DNA of 64,000 nucleotides from Escherichia coli (GTDB lineage Bacteria; Pseudomonadota; Gammaproteobacteria; Enterobacterales; Enterobacteriaceae): NCBI RefSeq assembly GCF_030384885.1, contig NZ_CP128613.1; one strand, 5' to 3'. Shown piece by piece: positions 51,143 to 63,273 of this stretch (position 1 is its first letter; each line of letters starts with the position of its first letter). The notes under the pieces were generated by a model. It saw only the letters and a program-made list of their open reading frames with translations, ran no database searches and was not told where the DNA came from. The position numbers and the translations under genes were made by a program.

Positions 51143-51443
51143 CTCTACTCTCTCCTTTCGAACATTCTTTGTTCAGACTTCACCATTTTTTAGAGGGTGG
51201 TGATATCAAAATTCGCTCATTTTTATGCCCATCCGTTGGACTTCCTTTTCTGCATTAAAAACAAGTATTGTTTCAATGAGATAAGATTTTCTATGTGATG
51301 AAATGAAAATAATGTAGAGGGAATTTTATCCACAATCCTGATGAACGGGTTCAATTCTGATTGGAATTTGAAAAAGCAGGTGATTTACTGATGTGCGAGC
51401 GTACGTCAGTGGCTGCTGGCCTGAGCGCGGAGGTGTGCGAAAT

Positions 51444-51737
51444 TCACATATCCGGGCATTCCACCTTACCCAGCGCTTCCCAGTAGTTATTCTGATTATT
51501 ACGCTCCATCGCCACAATAGCTTCGCGGATATGTTGTTTGTTACTCTCATCAGACAACATTAATTTTTCCCACGCTTCGTCTGATAATGACGCCTGTGGC
51601 GTGCAAATTTTACGTAAATCTTGCAATACCGTGGTCTTTTCTTTTGCCGACTGTAGAGAACTGAATGGCGACTCGGCCTGAGAAATGGCTGGGAAAGTCA
51701 GGAATACGGTAATCATGAGTAGCATCGTTGGCTTCAT
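51444..51737 (-). CDS. yicS: small secreted/periplasmic protein YicS
   Basis: 97 aa from MKPTMLLMITVFLTFPAISQA (signal peptide). Confidence 0.8.
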   Translation of the reverse strand: MKPTMLLMITVFLTFPAISQAESPFSSLQSAKEKTTVLQDLRKICTPQASLSDEAWEKLMLSDESNKQHIREAIVAMERNNQNNYWEALGKVECPDM

Positions 51738-51945
51738 AGCTGCAACCTTCTGCAAATGTGCATCGAATGAAGCATAAGTGTAGTTTGCTTTTGCCGCTCT
51801 CATCATGCTGTACGAAAGGTGTTTGCGTGGTCAGTAAGAAGTGCCAGTTTTATATACCTTTTTCTTCTATTCGATAGCTTTTCGTTTTTTAAATCGTAGT
51901 GATCTTGCCATTATAGTCAGTTAACGATTAAAAAAAGGATAAAAA

Positions 51946-52764
51946 ATGAAACTGACAACACATCATCTACGGGCGGGGGCCGCATTATTACTGGCAGGAA
52001 TTCTGCTGGCAGGTTGCGACCAGAGCAGCAGCGATGAAAAGCACATTAAAGTGGGCGTTATTAATGGCGCAGAACAAGATGTCGCGGAAGTCGCTAAAAA
52101 GGTGGCAAAAGAGAAATATGGCCTCGATGTTGAACTGGTAGGATTTAGCGGTTCGTTGCTACCGAACGATGCGACAAATCATGGCGAGCTTGATGCGAAC
52201 GTCTTCCAGCATCGACCCTTTCTTGAACAAGATAATCAGGCGCATGGTTATAAACTGGTAGCGGTGGGAAATACATTTGTCTTCCCCATGGCGGGTTATT
52301 CCAAAAAAATCAAAACCGTGGCGCAAATAAAAGAAGGCGCGACAGTGGCGATCCCCAACGACCCGACCAACCTTGGTCGCGCGCTTTTACTGTTGCAAAA
52401 AGAGAAGCTAATTACTCTGAAAGAGGGAAAAGGGTTACTACCTACCGCGCTGGATATAACCGAGAATCCTCGTCATTTGCAGATTATGGAACTCGAGGGG
52501 GCGCAGCTCCCGCGCGTACTGGATGATCCCAAAGTTGATGTGGCGATTATCAGCACCACTTACATTCAGCAGACCGGGCTTTCTCCGGTGCACGACAGCG
52601 TATTTATTGAAGATAAGAATTCGCCGTATGTGAATATTCTGGTGGCACGGGAAGATAATAAGAATGCAGAAAACGTGAAGGAATTTCTGCAATCTTATCA
52701 ATCGCCCGAAGTCGCTAAAGCGGCAGAAACCATCTTTAACGGTGGCGCGGTGCCTGGCTGGTAA
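51946..52764 (+). CDS. nlpA: lipoprotein 28 (NlpA, MetQ-family substrate-binding lipoprotein)
   Basis: 272 aa; lipobox LLAGC. Confidence 0.95.
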   Translation: MKLTTHHLRAGAALLLAGILLAGCDQSSSDEKHIKVGVINGAEQDVAEVAKKVAKEKYGLDVELVGFSGSLLPNDATNHGELDANVFQHRPFLEQDNQAHGYKLVAVGNTFVFPMAGYSKKIKTVAQIKEGATVAIPNDPTNLGRALLLLQKEKLITLKEGKGLLPTALDITENPRHLQIMELEGAQLPRVLDDPKVDVAIISTTYIQQTGLSPVHDSVFIEDKNSPYVNILVAREDNKNAENVKEFLQSYQSPEVAKAAETIFNGGAVPGW

Positions 52765-52767
52765 TTC

Positions 52768-53691
52768 TCACTCATGCCGCGCCGGACGATTTATTTTTCT
52801 GGCGCGGCGACGGGAATCCATTGAAATCAAAATCACCGATGACAGAATCAGCAGTGTGCCCAGCCAGTCCGGCAATGTGAACGTGATCCCCAGCAACAGC
52901 AAAGAGAGCAGCGCGCTACTTAATGGTTCTGCACAGCTCAAAATGCTGGCTTTTGGCCCGCCAATGAGCTGTGCGCCTTTCAGATATAGACTAAAGGTTA
53001 GCGAAGTTCCGATTACCACCAGATAGAAAAACGCCAGAATCAGGCTGCCATTAACCACGAAGTTTGTTCCTTGCCCGGCATAGAAGGGCAGCAGGATTAG
53101 ACCACCGATCAGCATACTCCAGCCGACGACCGGTAACGTGCCATAGCGGGCAATCAGCGTTGAGGGATAGGTGGTATAGAATGCAGCAGCAAATGCCGAG
53201 GCAATACCCCAGAATAACGCGGCCGGAGAGATCGATAATGACGTCGGATTACCGTGTGTCACCAATAAAAAAGTCCCGATCAGCGATGTCAAAATAGCGC
53301 AAAAAACCAGAATGCCCGGGCGGGATTTACGCACCAGTGAGAACCAGGCGACGATAATCGTCGGTGAGAGGAATTGCAGCACCGTTGCCGTGGCAGCATT
53401 CGATTTTTCAATGGTTAGCAAAAAAGTGAGCTGTACGGTTAGCGCGCCAACCACGGAAAAAATCAGCAGACTAATGGCATCTTTGTGATTGTTAATAATA
53501 GAAAAGATTTTATCGCCATGCACAAATGACAGCGTCAGCAGAATCAAACCGGCGAATATCAAACGCGTCATAGTCAAAAACTGCGACGACATCTGACTTT
53601 GCTCCATGATGTATTGCGCGCAGACCCCTGAACTTCCCCACAACACGGCGGCAATCAGAACGTTCAGCATCCCCTTTCTGGTGGAACCCAT
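52768..53691 (-). CDS. yicL: EamA/DMT family transporter YicL
   Basis: 307 aa; 10-TM profile. Confidence 0.9.
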   Translation of the reverse strand: MGSTRKGMLNVLIAAVLWGSSGVCAQYIMEQSQMSSQFLTMTRLIFAGLILLTLSFVHGDKIFSIINNHKDAISLLIFSVVGALTVQLTFLLTIEKSNAATATVLQFLSPTIIVAWFSLVRKSRPGILVFCAILTSLIGTFLLVTHGNPTSLSISPAALFWGIASAFAAAFYTTYPSTLIARYGTLPVVGWSMLIGGLILLPFYAGQGTNFVVNGSLILAFFYLVVIGTSLTFSLYLKGAQLIGGPKASILSCAEPLSSALLSLLLLGITFTLPDWLGTLLILSSVILISMDSRRRARKINRPARHE

Positions 53692-53801
53692 TTTTCCCTC
53701 TGCATACTGTTTTGTCGTTTATGTATGCAGGCATGATAGCAAAAATGGCGAGGATGACTCTGTTTGCGCCACGCCGATTTTTCTTAGCTCAGACTGGTGA
53801 G

Positions 53802-54986
53802 CTAAATATCTTTAATAAACAGCAGGCAAATCATCGCAATACCCAACATCCCTATCGCCAGCCAGAACAACGCGTGGTAGCTCCAGATTTCAACCATAAT
53901 TCCGTCAACAGAGCCGGCGATAATCCAGCCGACGCGTGAGGTATTTGCATATAACGTTGTCGCAGAGCCTATTTTTTCAGGCATCAGATCCTGAAAATAA
54001 AGCATGCCGATACCACAGAGAATACCAAGGAAAATGGCATTTAGAATTTGCAATTCCAGCTCAACTGCCGGAGTCGTCGCCATGAGTACGCTGGCGTAAA
54101 AACACATACCACTCACGATAGCAATGAGCATTAATAGTCGCTTGCCAATACGTTTCATGTAATAGCCTGCGATTAACATCATCGGAATTTCCAGACCGGC
54201 AGCAATACCAATCATTTCTCCAGCCAGTTTATCGGTTAGATGCAGTTCATCAATAATAAATAGCGGCATATTTATCATGTAGAGATTATTCGCCGCCCAC
54301 ATCATTGAACAGACTACAAAAAGTAGCCGTGTATCCCGCTTTCTATGGATGGAGGGTAAAATTTCTACGGGTTGGGTAACGACAGGAATATTTCTTTGTA
54401 TTGATGGCAAAAACAACCAGACTATCAGCCCGCAAATAACAAATGCGATGGCAGCGGTGAGATACATCACTTTAAAACTAAATCCCATTGCCAGCTCATA
54501 AGCGAGCGGTGGCCCGATAACCCAGGCAAGCGAGATCTGAGCACGTAAAAATGTACTGAACATGACCGTCTCACGGCCTGTTCTGTCGGCGTGTTCACGG
54601 GCGAGGGCGAACATTTGCGGGTTTGCAGTGGAAGCAAAACTACTCAGAAGTACGCCCGTAGAGAGGAGAATGAAGTAGTTGCGATTCCACGCAAAAAGAG
54701 TGCAGGCCAACACTCCAAATAAGCAACATAGCAGGATCAGTAATTTACGGTCGCCTTGTTTATCGGAGTGCCTTGCCAGAAATTGACTGACCAGAATTCC
54801 CATAATAGCGCTACCGGTGAAGAAAAAACCTACCATTATAGGACGGGCTTTCAGTTCATCTGCGAGGAATATACTTAGGGTGGGAGTCTGGAGAGCGCCC
54901 GCAATACCAGTCAGAAAGGCGACAAGTAAAAATGCCGCGGCAGTGAGATCAAGTATTTTTGATGGAGTGGTAGCCATTTTTTGCAT
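53802..54986 (-). CDS. setC: sugar efflux transporter SetC (MFS)
   Basis: 394 aa MQKMATTPSKILDLTAAAFLLVAFLTGIAGALQ. Confidence 0.9.
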   Translation of the reverse strand: MQKMATTPSKILDLTAAAFLLVAFLTGIAGALQTPTLSIFLADELKARPIMVGFFFTGSAIMGILVSQFLARHSDKQGDRKLLILLCCLFGVLACTLFAWNRNYFILLSTGVLLSSFASTANPQMFALAREHADRTGRETVMFSTFLRAQISLAWVIGPPLAYELAMGFSFKVMYLTAAIAFVICGLIVWLFLPSIQRNIPVVTQPVEILPSIHRKRDTRLLFVVCSMMWAANNLYMINMPLFIIDELHLTDKLAGEMIGIAAGLEIPMMLIAGYYMKRIGKRLLMLIAIVSGMCFYASVLMATTPAVELELQILNAIFLGILCGIGMLYFQDLMPEKIGSATTLYANTSRVGWIIAGSVDGIMVEIWSYHALFWLAIGMLGIAMICLLFIKDI

Positions 54987-55623
54987 TCTTCTGAATCACC
55001 GGGCGACAAAATATAACTGAGTTACAAATAAGTACCAGTCGAATGAGTATTATATTAAGAATTTTTGAGTATCGCTGATACAACCAGAAAGCAATGCTAG
55101 CGCAATATTATAGGGCCAGCAATTGAGATTATTAGCAAAAGCATGTTAAGAATTAATCACCGAATTTATATATTAATTATAGTAAGGCAATGAGCTATTT
55201 TTGATAGTAAAAATAAAACAAGTTTATTTGATATATTAAATGAAAAAATTAATCTTGATGGCAGTCTGATTATTGGTGAAGTTTATAGGTCAGTTTTTTT
55301 CGCCAGCGGTTAAAGGAATAGAATCGTCGTATAAAAAAAGGTGTTTTGGGGCGTGTAAAACAACATCTTCACCTTAATGGCGATACAGTTGGTTGAGAGT
55401 CAGCAGGGGGGCAAATCACCTGCAAATAAACACGGCGCATGCTGGCGCGAATATCGCGGATGCGTTCGAGGACAGAAGAACCGACAGGCGGATTCTTCAG
55501 TCGCTCATCGTCCATCACAAAACCTTTGATCAGGTATTCCTGAAGCCGATTAAATATTGAGCATTAGAAAATATCTGGATTGACTGTATTACAAGAGGTT
55601 GGAGAACGTCAGTAGAGGCAAAT

Positions 55624-55718
55624 TGGCGGAAGATCACAGGAGTCGAACCTGCCCGGGACCGCTGGCGGCCCCAACTGGATTTGAAGTCCAGCCGCCTCAC
55701 CGGAGACGACGATCTTCC
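55624..55718 (-). tRNA. selC: tRNA-Sec (selenocysteine, UCA anticodon)
   Basis: minus-strand sequence GGAAGATCGTCGTCTCCGGTGAGGCGGCTGGACTTCAAATCCAGTTGGGGCCGCCAGCGGTCCCGGGCAGGTTCGACTCCTGTGATCTTCCGCCA, 95 nt with the long variable arm typical of tRNA-Sec. Confidence 0.95.
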
Positions 55719-56010
55719 GCGCCTCGATTGCTACATGGAGGCGGGGCGCATTATAGCTACTTCCTTGAGTTTCTACATCCCCCAGATCAGTTTTTTCCGC
55801 CTAATACATGCAGCGTATTATCACGAAAGCATTATATTTCATATAAAACCCATATTTTACAATGATATATGAGCGTAATTTACGCTACCACGATCACATA
55901 AAACAAGAATCATAAATTAATAACCAGATATCGGAATATTCGCTCTCACAGGGATGGTTTACAAAATGCGTTATCGGTCTCAGCACCCCTATAGCATCAA
56001 GGAAAAGCAG

Positions 56011-57393
56011 ATGAAGAGTGAAGTGTTGTCCGTTAAAGAGAAAATTGGTTATGGCATGGGAGACGCCGCCAGCCACATTATTTTCGATAACGTAATGTTA
56101 TATATGATGTTCTTTTATACCGATATTTTTGGCATTCCTGCCGGATTTGTCGGAACCATGTTTTTGGTCGCTCGTGCACTGGATGCGATTTCTGATCCTT
56201 GCATGGGGTTGTTGGCCGATCGAACGCGCTCTCGCTGGGGTAAATTTCGTCCGTGGGTACTGTTTGGCGCACTGCCATTCGGGATCGTCTGTGTACTGGC
56301 CTATAGCACGCCAGATCTCAGTATGAACGGAAAAATGATTTATGCAGCAATTACTTACACCCTACTTACCTTACTTTATACCGTCGTCAATATCCCTTAC
56401 TGCGCATTGGGTGGTGTAATCACCAATGACCCGACTCAGCGTATCTCGCTGCAATCCTGGCGTTTTGTGCTGGCGACCGCGGGAGGCATGCTCTCTACTG
56501 TGCTGATGATGCCGCTGGTTAATTTAATTGGTGGTGATAATAAACCACTCGGTTTCCAGGGCGGTATCGCGGTCCTTTCCGTGGTGGCATTTATGATGCT
56601 GGCATTTTGTTTCTTCACCACTAAAGAACGCGTTGAAGCACCACCTACAACGACGTCTATGCGGGAAGATTTACGTGATATCTGGCAAAACGACCAGTGG
56701 CGTATTGTCGGTTTCCTGACCATTTTCAATATTCTGGCGGTGTGCGTACGCGGCGGGGCGATGATGTATTACGTCACATGGATTTTGGGTACGCCGGAAG
56801 TGTTTGTCGCTTTTCTTACCACTTATTGCGTGGGTAACCTGATTGGTTCCGCACTGGCGAAACCGCTGACCGACTGGAAATGTAAAGTCACTATCTTCTG
56901 GTGGACGAACGCCCTGCTGGCAGTGATTAGCCTGGCGATGTTCTTTGTTCCTATGCAGGCCAGCATCACCATGTTTGTCTTCATCTTCGTGATTGGTGTG
57001 TTGCATCAACTGGTGACACCTATCCAGTGGGTAATGATGTCCGATACCGTCGACTACGGCGAGTGGTGCAATGGTAAACGCCTGACCGGGATCAGTTTTG
57101 CTGGCACGTTGTTTGTGCTCAAACTGGGGTTGGCCTTCGGCGGCGCTCTTATCGGCTGGATGCTGGCTTATGGCGGATATGATGCGGCAGAAAAAGCGCA
57201 GAACAGCGCCACGATTAGCATCATTATCGCGCTATTCACGATTGTTCCGGCGATCTGTTACTTGCTGAGCGCGATTATCGCTAAACGCTACTACTCACTC
57301 ACGACGCACAATCTGAAAACCGTTATGGAACAGCTGGCGCAGGGCAAACGCCGTTGCCAGCAACAATTCACCTCTCAAGAAGTGCAGAACTAA
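56011..57393 (+). CDS. yicJ: glycoside-pentoside-hexuronide family transporter YicJ
   Basis: 460 aa from MKSEVLSVKEKIGYGMGDAASHIIFD. Confidence 0.9.
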   Translation: MKSEVLSVKEKIGYGMGDAASHIIFDNVMLYMMFFYTDIFGIPAGFVGTMFLVARALDAISDPCMGLLADRTRSRWGKFRPWVLFGALPFGIVCVLAYSTPDLSMNGKMIYAAITYTLLTLLYTVVNIPYCALGGVITNDPTQRISLQSWRFVLATAGGMLSTVLMMPLVNLIGGDNKPLGFQGGIAVLSVVAFMMLAFCFFTTKERVEAPPTTTSMREDLRDIWQNDQWRIVGFLTIFNILAVCVRGGAMMYYVTWILGTPEVFVAFLTTYCVGNLIGSALAKPLTDWKCKVTIFWWTNALLAVISLAMFFVPMQASITMFVFIFVIGVLHQLVTPIQWVMMSDTVDYGEWCNGKRLTGISFAGTLFVLKLGLAFGGALIGWMLAYGGYDAAEKAQNSATISIIIALFTIVPAICYLLSAIIAKRYYSLTTHNLKTVMEQLAQGKRRCQQQFTSQEVQN

Positions 57394-57402
57394 GGAACGG
57401 CA

Positions 57403-59721
57403 ATGAAAATTAGCGACGGAAACTGGTTGATTCAACCTGGCCTCAATTTGATTCACCCGCTTCAGGTGTTCGAGGTTGAACAGCAGGGTAATGAAATGGT
57501 GGTCTATGCTGCCCCCCGTGATGTGCGTGAACGTACCTGGCAGCTTGATACGCCTTTATTTACGCTGCGCTTTTTCTCCCCACAGGAAGGTATTGTCGGT
57601 GTACGGATTGAGCATTTTCAGGGGGCGCTGAATAACGGTCCTCATTACCCGCTCAATATTTTGCAGGACGTGAAGGTCACAATCGAAAACACAGAACGTT
57701 ACGCTGAGTTTAAAAGTGGCAACTTAAGTGCGCGTGTCAGCAAAGGTGAGTTCTGGTCACTGGATTTTCTGCGCAACGGCGAACGTATTACCGGTAGTCA
57801 GGTGAAAAATAATGGCTACGTGCAGGACACGAATAATCAACGAAATTATATGTTTGAGCGGCTGGATCTTGGCGTTGGCGAAACAGTTTACGGTCTGGGA
57901 GAGCGCTTTACTGCCCTGGTGCGCAATGGCCAGACGGTAGAGACCTGGAACCGGGACGGCGGCACAAGTACTGAACAGGCGTATAAAAATATCCCGTTCT
58001 ATATGACTAACCGTGGTTATGGTGTACTGGTCAATCATCCCCAATGCGTCTCTTTTGAAGTGGGATCGGAGAAAGTCTCCAAAGTGCAGTTCAGCGTTGA
58101 GAGTGAATATCTCGAATACTTTGTTATCGACGGCCCGACGCCGAAAGCGGTACTTGATCGTTATACCCGTTTTACTGGTCGTCCGGCGCTGCCGCCCGCG
58201 TGGTCCTTCGGCCTGTGGCTAACCACTTCATTTACCACCAACTACGACGAAGCGACGGTTAACAGCTTTATCGATGGTATGGCGGAACGCAATCTGCCGC
58301 TGCATGTTTTCCACTTTGACTGTTTCTGGATGAAAGCCTTCCAGTGGTGCGATTTTGAGTGGGACCCGCTGACTTTCCCGGACCCGGAAGGGATGATCCG
58401 CCGCCTGAAAGCGAAAGGGCTAAAAATCTGCGTCTGGATTAACCCCTATATCGGGCAAAAATCCCCTGTCTTTAAAGAGTTACAAGAGAAAGGCTATTTA
58501 CTCAAACGCCCGGACGGTTCGCTATGGCAGTGGGATAAATGGCAGCCAGGTCTGGCGATTTATGACTTTACCAATCCAGATGCCTGTAAATGGTACGCCG
58601 ATAAACTGAAAGGTCTGGTCGCGATGGGCGTTGATTGCTTTAAGACCGACTTTGGCGAACGTATTCCAACCGATGTTCAGTGGTTTGACGGTTCCGATCC
58701 GCAGAAAATGCATAACCATTATGCGTACATCTACAATGAACTGGTGTGGAACGTGCTCAAGGAAACCGTCGGCGAGGAGGAAGCTGTCCTGTTTGCCCGC
58801 TCGGCCTCCGTTGGTGCGCAGAAATTCCCGGTACATTGGGGGGGCGACTGTTACGCTAACTACGAATCAATGGCGGAAAGCCTGCGCGGTGGTTTGTCTA
58901 TTGGCCTTTCTGGTTTTGGCTTCTGGAGCCACGATATCGGCGGCTTTGAGAATACCGCTCCGGCGCACGTTTACAAACGCTGGTGCGCGTTTGGTTTGCT
59001 CTCCAGCCATAGCCGTTTACACGGCAGCAAATCTTATCGTGTGCCGTGGGCCTATGATGATGAGTCCTGTGATGTGGTGCGCTTCTTCACGCAACTGAAA
59101 TGCCGCATGATGCCGTATCTGTATCGTGAGGCTGCTCGTGCGAACGCGCGGGGTACGCCGATGATGCGGGCCATGATGATGGAGTTTCCGGACGATCCGG
59201 CTTGTGATTACCTTGACCGTCAATACATGTTAGGCGACAACGTGATGGTTGCTCCGGTGTTCACTGAATCGGGCGATGTGCAGTTCTACTTGCCGGAAGG
59301 TCGCTGGACACACCTGTGGCACAACGATGAACTCGATGGTAGTCGCTGGCATAAACAGCAGCACGGCTTCCTGAGTCTGCCCGTTTATGTGCGTGATAAC
59401 ACCCTACTGGCGCTGGGCAACAACGAGCAACGTCCCGATTACGCGTGGCACGAAGGCACGGCATTCCAGCTCTTTAATCTGCAAGACGGGCATGAAGCTA
59501 TCTGTGAAGTGCCCGTTGCCGATGGTTCCGTTCTTTTCACCCTGAAAGCGGCGCGTACTGGCAACACAATTACTGTGAATGGTGCGGGCGTGGCGAAGAA
59601 CTGGACGCTGTGCTTGCGCAATGTTGTGAAAGTAAATGGTCTGCAAGGCGGTTCGCAGGCTGAAAGTGAGCAGGGGCTGGTGGTGACGCCTCAAGGGAAT
59701 GCGCTGACAATTACGTTGTAA
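57403..59721 (+). CDS. yicI: alpha-xylosidase YicI (glycoside hydrolase family 31)
   Basis: 772 aa; GH31 catalytic region (WINPYI, DFGE). Confidence 0.95.
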   Translation: MKISDGNWLIQPGLNLIHPLQVFEVEQQGNEMVVYAAPRDVRERTWQLDTPLFTLRFFSPQEGIVGVRIEHFQGALNNGPHYPLNILQDVKVTIENTERYAEFKSGNLSARVSKGEFWSLDFLRNGERITGSQVKNNGYVQDTNNQRNYMFERLDLGVGETVYGLGERFTALVRNGQTVETWNRDGGTSTEQAYKNIPFYMTNRGYGVLVNHPQCVSFEVGSEKVSKVQFSVESEYLEYFVIDGPTPKAVLDRYTRFTGRPALPPAWSFGLWLTTSFTTNYDEATVNSFIDGMAERNLPLHVFHFDCFWMKAFQWCDFEWDPLTFPDPEGMIRRLKAKGLKICVWINPYIGQKSPVFKELQEKGYLLKRPDGSLWQWDKWQPGLAIYDFTNPDACKWYADKLKGLVAMGVDCFKTDFGERIPTDVQWFDGSDPQKMHNHYAYIYNELVWNVLKETVGEEEAVLFARSASVGAQKFPVHWGGDCYANYESMAESLRGGLSIGLSGFGFWSHDIGGFENTAPAHVYKRWCAFGLLSSHSRLHGSKSYRVPWAYDDESCDVVRFFTQLKCRMMPYLYREAARANARGTPMMRAMMMEFPDDPACDYLDRQYMLGDNVMVAPVFTESGDVQFYLPEGRWTHLWHNDELDGSRWHKQQHGFLSLPVYVRDNTLLALGNNEQRPDYAWHEGTAFQLFNLQDGHEAICEVPVADGSVLFTLKAARTGNTITVNGAGVAKNWTLCLRNVVKVNGLQGGSQAESEQGLVVTPQGNALTITL

Positions 59722-59772
59722 TTTATTGAAGAATGCCGGGTACGTCTGAGTCGTACCCGGCGAGATTGACTT

Positions 59773-61482
59773 TTACTGCACCGGCTCCGTCGATGTAACT
59801 TCGCTATTGGAAACGACGCCCGCATTCATGGTCTGGGTCACTTGCTGTTTCTCGGCGTTCACGGCATGCAATTGCCCGTTAACCGTGGGTTTTAGCGGTG
59901 CATTGGCCTGAATATCGCCGCTGGCGGTGAGCTGAATATTGCCGTCGCCAGTCAACGGTAGTTCAGGCCATCCCCACTGTTGCAAAATATTCACCGGCAC
60001 ACCGCGTCCATTCAGGCTGATATGGGTCTGACGTTGTGGCGTTTGTGAAACACTGGCGGTGGCTTCCAGAATGCCTTTTTCGGTAAATGCGCTCAGTTCG
60101 CTGATATTCACCGTGCTGCTGTTGGCAGTTAGCGCCAGCGACGGACGACGGACATCAACACGATTAAACGTTGCGGCGGCGGCATTCAGATTCGCCGAGC
60201 CACTCCAGACGCCCCATTTATGATCGGTAACCAGCGTCAGATTGGCGCCGTAACCATCGAGCGCGGTGAGTTGCCACGGGAAGTCAGGGTTGATATCAAT
60301 AATTAGATTGCGGCTGGCGCTAAATCTCTTCAGTTGCAGACTGTTTAACCAGCCGGGTATCGTTTCCATCCACAACTGTTGCCAGTTTTTCGGCAAGGTA
60401 TATTCCAGTCCGGCAATTGCCGCATCATCAAGGATCAACATTTTCCCGTCACGCAACCAGTTCCCTGACGTTCTTACCATGCCACCTTCCCAGCGGCTGG
60501 TGAACTGGCGGAGCGCTACGCCCTGCGGGGAAAATTCCGCGTTTATAATAGGGTCAAATAAATGCAGCGAACCATAAATGAACTCGCTGGCGTTCATCGA
60601 CAATTTGCCTTCCTGTGTCTGCCAGTCATCTTTACTGAAGGTCATGTTGCGCAAGCTGAGATCGAGGTCGGTCACCGCCCAGTCCGGACCTTGCAGACGA
60701 GCGTCAATGACTTCCAGGCGACCAATCTGCAACGACGGGACAGAGCGTAATGGCGCAAAGAAGTCGGTTAGCGATTTTTCGCTTTGTAGACGGATATCCG
60801 CCAGCCGCAGATTTTCCACTTGCCAGCTGCCGTCGGCGTTACGCTGCGCGTTTCCGGTTAATGTCCCGCGGGCGATGTCGGCACCCAGGTTAGTCAGCGT
60901 AACGCGATCGTTATCAATACTGCCTTCAATGAGTACATTGGTGGCAGGAACATCATTGAGCGAAAGCGATCCGGCACTAAACTGAATCTGCGCCTTCGTA
61001 CCCAGCACTTTACCGGCTTCTGGTGTCCACGGAACCACGCCACCATTTACCCGCTGCGCGCTCAGTTTCCATTCGCTATTCGGGCTATTAAACGCCATAT
61101 CACGCAGTTGCAGACGATCGGCTTTGAACGGCAGCGGCGCGGTCTGGTCGGTGAGATTCAGCGTCCCGTTTTCCAGTAGGATGGTATCGACATGGCGTGG
61201 TTCGGTCAGTTGGCGACTGCTTAGCGCAATGTCGACACTTTTTGCCACCAGGGTCGCGGGCTGACCATCACGACCAAACGTGACGTTCTCCAGCACGATA
61301 TGAGATGGCGCGGAAAAACGGTGATCCATCGCCCCGAAGGCCAGATGATAGTCGCTATTCTCGGAAACCCATGCGCTGATATGTTCTGCTCCCCAGCGGG
61401 TTTGCAGAAGGAAATAGAGGCCAGCGATCGCCACTAACAGAGCGATGAGAATGTAGAGAAGCAGCTTCCCAATAAATTTCAT
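59773..61482 (-). CDS. yicH: AsmA-family protein YicH
   Basis: 569 aa from MKFIGKLLLYILIALLVAIAGLYFLL (N-terminal TM anchor). Confidence 0.85.
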   Translation of the reverse strand: MKFIGKLLLYILIALLVAIAGLYFLLQTRWGAEHISAWVSENSDYHLAFGAMDHRFSAPSHIVLENVTFGRDGQPATLVAKSVDIALSSRQLTEPRHVDTILLENGTLNLTDQTAPLPFKADRLQLRDMAFNSPNSEWKLSAQRVNGGVVPWTPEAGKVLGTKAQIQFSAGSLSLNDVPATNVLIEGSIDNDRVTLTNLGADIARGTLTGNAQRNADGSWQVENLRLADIRLQSEKSLTDFFAPLRSVPSLQIGRLEVIDARLQGPDWAVTDLDLSLRNMTFSKDDWQTQEGKLSMNASEFIYGSLHLFDPIINAEFSPQGVALRQFTSRWEGGMVRTSGNWLRDGKMLILDDAAIAGLEYTLPKNWQQLWMETIPGWLNSLQLKRFSASRNLIIDINPDFPWQLTALDGYGANLTLVTDHKWGVWSGSANLNAAAATFNRVDVRRPSLALTANSSTVNISELSAFTEKGILEATASVSQTPQRQTHISLNGRGVPVNILQQWGWPELPLTGDGNIQLTASGDIQANAPLKPTVNGQLHAVNAEKQQVTQTMNAGVVSNSEVTSTEPVQ

Positions 61483-61602
61483 GGTCTTCCATCCCGTGAA
61501 ATGCACATAAGGGAGTTATGCACGATTTACGCGCAATCCTCAAGGCGGGAATGGTGAAAGAGGTGAGACTGCGGCGGTAATTATCTTACCGCCGCCAGTG
61601 AA

Positions 61603-62994
61603 TTACTGTTTTTCTGGTGGGAAAATCAGATTCAGCACGATGGCAGTAATACCGCCCGCGGCGATCCCGGAGGAGAGCAGGTTTTTCAGCCATTCAGGGG
61701 CAAACTGCAAAATCAGCGGCTGCTGAGACACGCCCAGACCGACCGCCAGCGACAGCGCGATAATCAGAATCGCCCGACGGTTCAGCGGCTCACGAGAAAC
61801 GATACGCACACCGGAGGCGGCGATGGTGCCAAACATTACAAGCGTTGCGCCGCCCAGAACCGGTTCTGGAATGTGTTGTACAAAACCGCTCACTGCCGGG
61901 AACAGACCCAGCACGATCAACATCAGCGCGACGACAAAACCGACATAGCGGCTGGCAACACCGGTCAACTGGATCACACCGTTGTTCTGCCCGAAGCAGG
62001 AGTTCGGGAAAGTGTTAAACACCGCCGAAACAAACGAGTTCAGACCGTTTGCCAGCACGCCGCCTTTCAGACGTTTCATGTATAGCGGACCGGATACAGG
62101 CTGTTCGGAAACGTCAGACGTCGCCGTGATATCGCCAATAGTTTCCAGCGAAGTGATCATAAAGACCAGCATCAGCGGTAGCAGCAGACTCCATTCAATG
62201 CCAAGACCGTAATAGAGCGGCGTCGGCACCATAATCAGTTCTTGCGTCATCGGTTCGTTGCTTTCTGGCAACATGCCCATAAACCACGCCAGCGCATATC
62301 CGGCCGCCATCGCAATCACCAGTGAGGCCACGCGCAAATATGGGTTACGTTGACGGTTAAGCAGGATAATTAAGGCCAAGACCACGCCTGCCAGCAACAG
62401 ATTTTTCGGTGCGCCGAAGGTGTTATCGCTCATGGCTGCGTAACCGCCGCCAATGGATGTTAGCCCAACCTGAATTAGCGACAGGCCGATAATCATCACC
62501 ACAACGCCAGAAACCAGCGGCGTAATAATGCGGCGCGCCAGATGCAGAACACGGGAGATCACCATCTCGGTGCAACTTGCCAGCATCAACGTGCCGAACA
62601 AAGCCGCCATCATGGTAGGAACATCAGCACCACCGGTCTTCAGCGCTGTGCCGCCCATAATCAGCGGGGCAACAAAGTTGAAGCTGGTGCCCTGAATAGA
62701 CAACAACCCGGAGCCAACCGGTCCCCAGGCCTTAATTTGAATAATCGACGCCACACCGGAGGCAAACAGCGACATACTAATAATGTGTTGTGTGTCTTGT
62801 GCCGGTAACCCCAACGCCTGGCAGATTAATAGCGCTGGCGTGATCACCGCAACGAACATCGCCAGCAGATGCTGGCAGGCGGCAAACAGAGTTTGAGGAA
62901 GCGGCGGACGATCTTCAAGACGGTAAATCAGTTCGCTGTTTTGAGTCTGCGCAACCGGTTGCGCATTTTCTGACTCGAGGGTGGAAACAGACAT
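61603..62994 (-). CDS. xanP: xanthine permease XanP (NCS2 family)
   Basis: 463 aa from [31 protein letters not shown]. Confidence 0.9.
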
Positions 62995-63273
62995 CGAAAA
63001 CAATCCCGTGGTAGCAAAGCGGGCATTTTAGCTGAGCAAAAGAGAAAAGCAAACGTTTGCTACAGCTTCTTCTAAATATTTAAATGAGATAAATGCACTT
63101 TTTTATATAACTTTTGGTATTTTTCTGCTTAAAATCCATGCCATTTGTTCATTAACAGCTGAGAATTTGACCCAGGAAAGCATGACTCGATACCCGTCAT
63201 ATTTCATGAAGGTGCCACTGCGCGATGAAGTATGACGAGTATGAAAGAGTGATGCGGATACAAAGGAGTAACT

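Larger units (their letters stand above)
42362..51443. other. AT-rich genomic island carrying SPI-1-like translocon genes, in place of K-12 adeQ-yicN-nepI
   Basis: composition shift; K-12 backbone homology stops inside ade and resumes at yicS. Confidence 0.8.

Noticed and set aside
51326-51550. 74-aa minus-strand ORF overlapping the yicS 3' end
   Set aside because: Out of frame with and overlapping the better-supported yicS; no RBS.
55000-55620. Looked for an integrase, IS element or direct repeat of the selC 3' end next to tRNA-Sec
   Set aside because: No ORF of 60 codons or more, no transposase-like or integrase-like translation and no obvious copy of the tRNA 3' end were seen; kept only as a low-interest observation.
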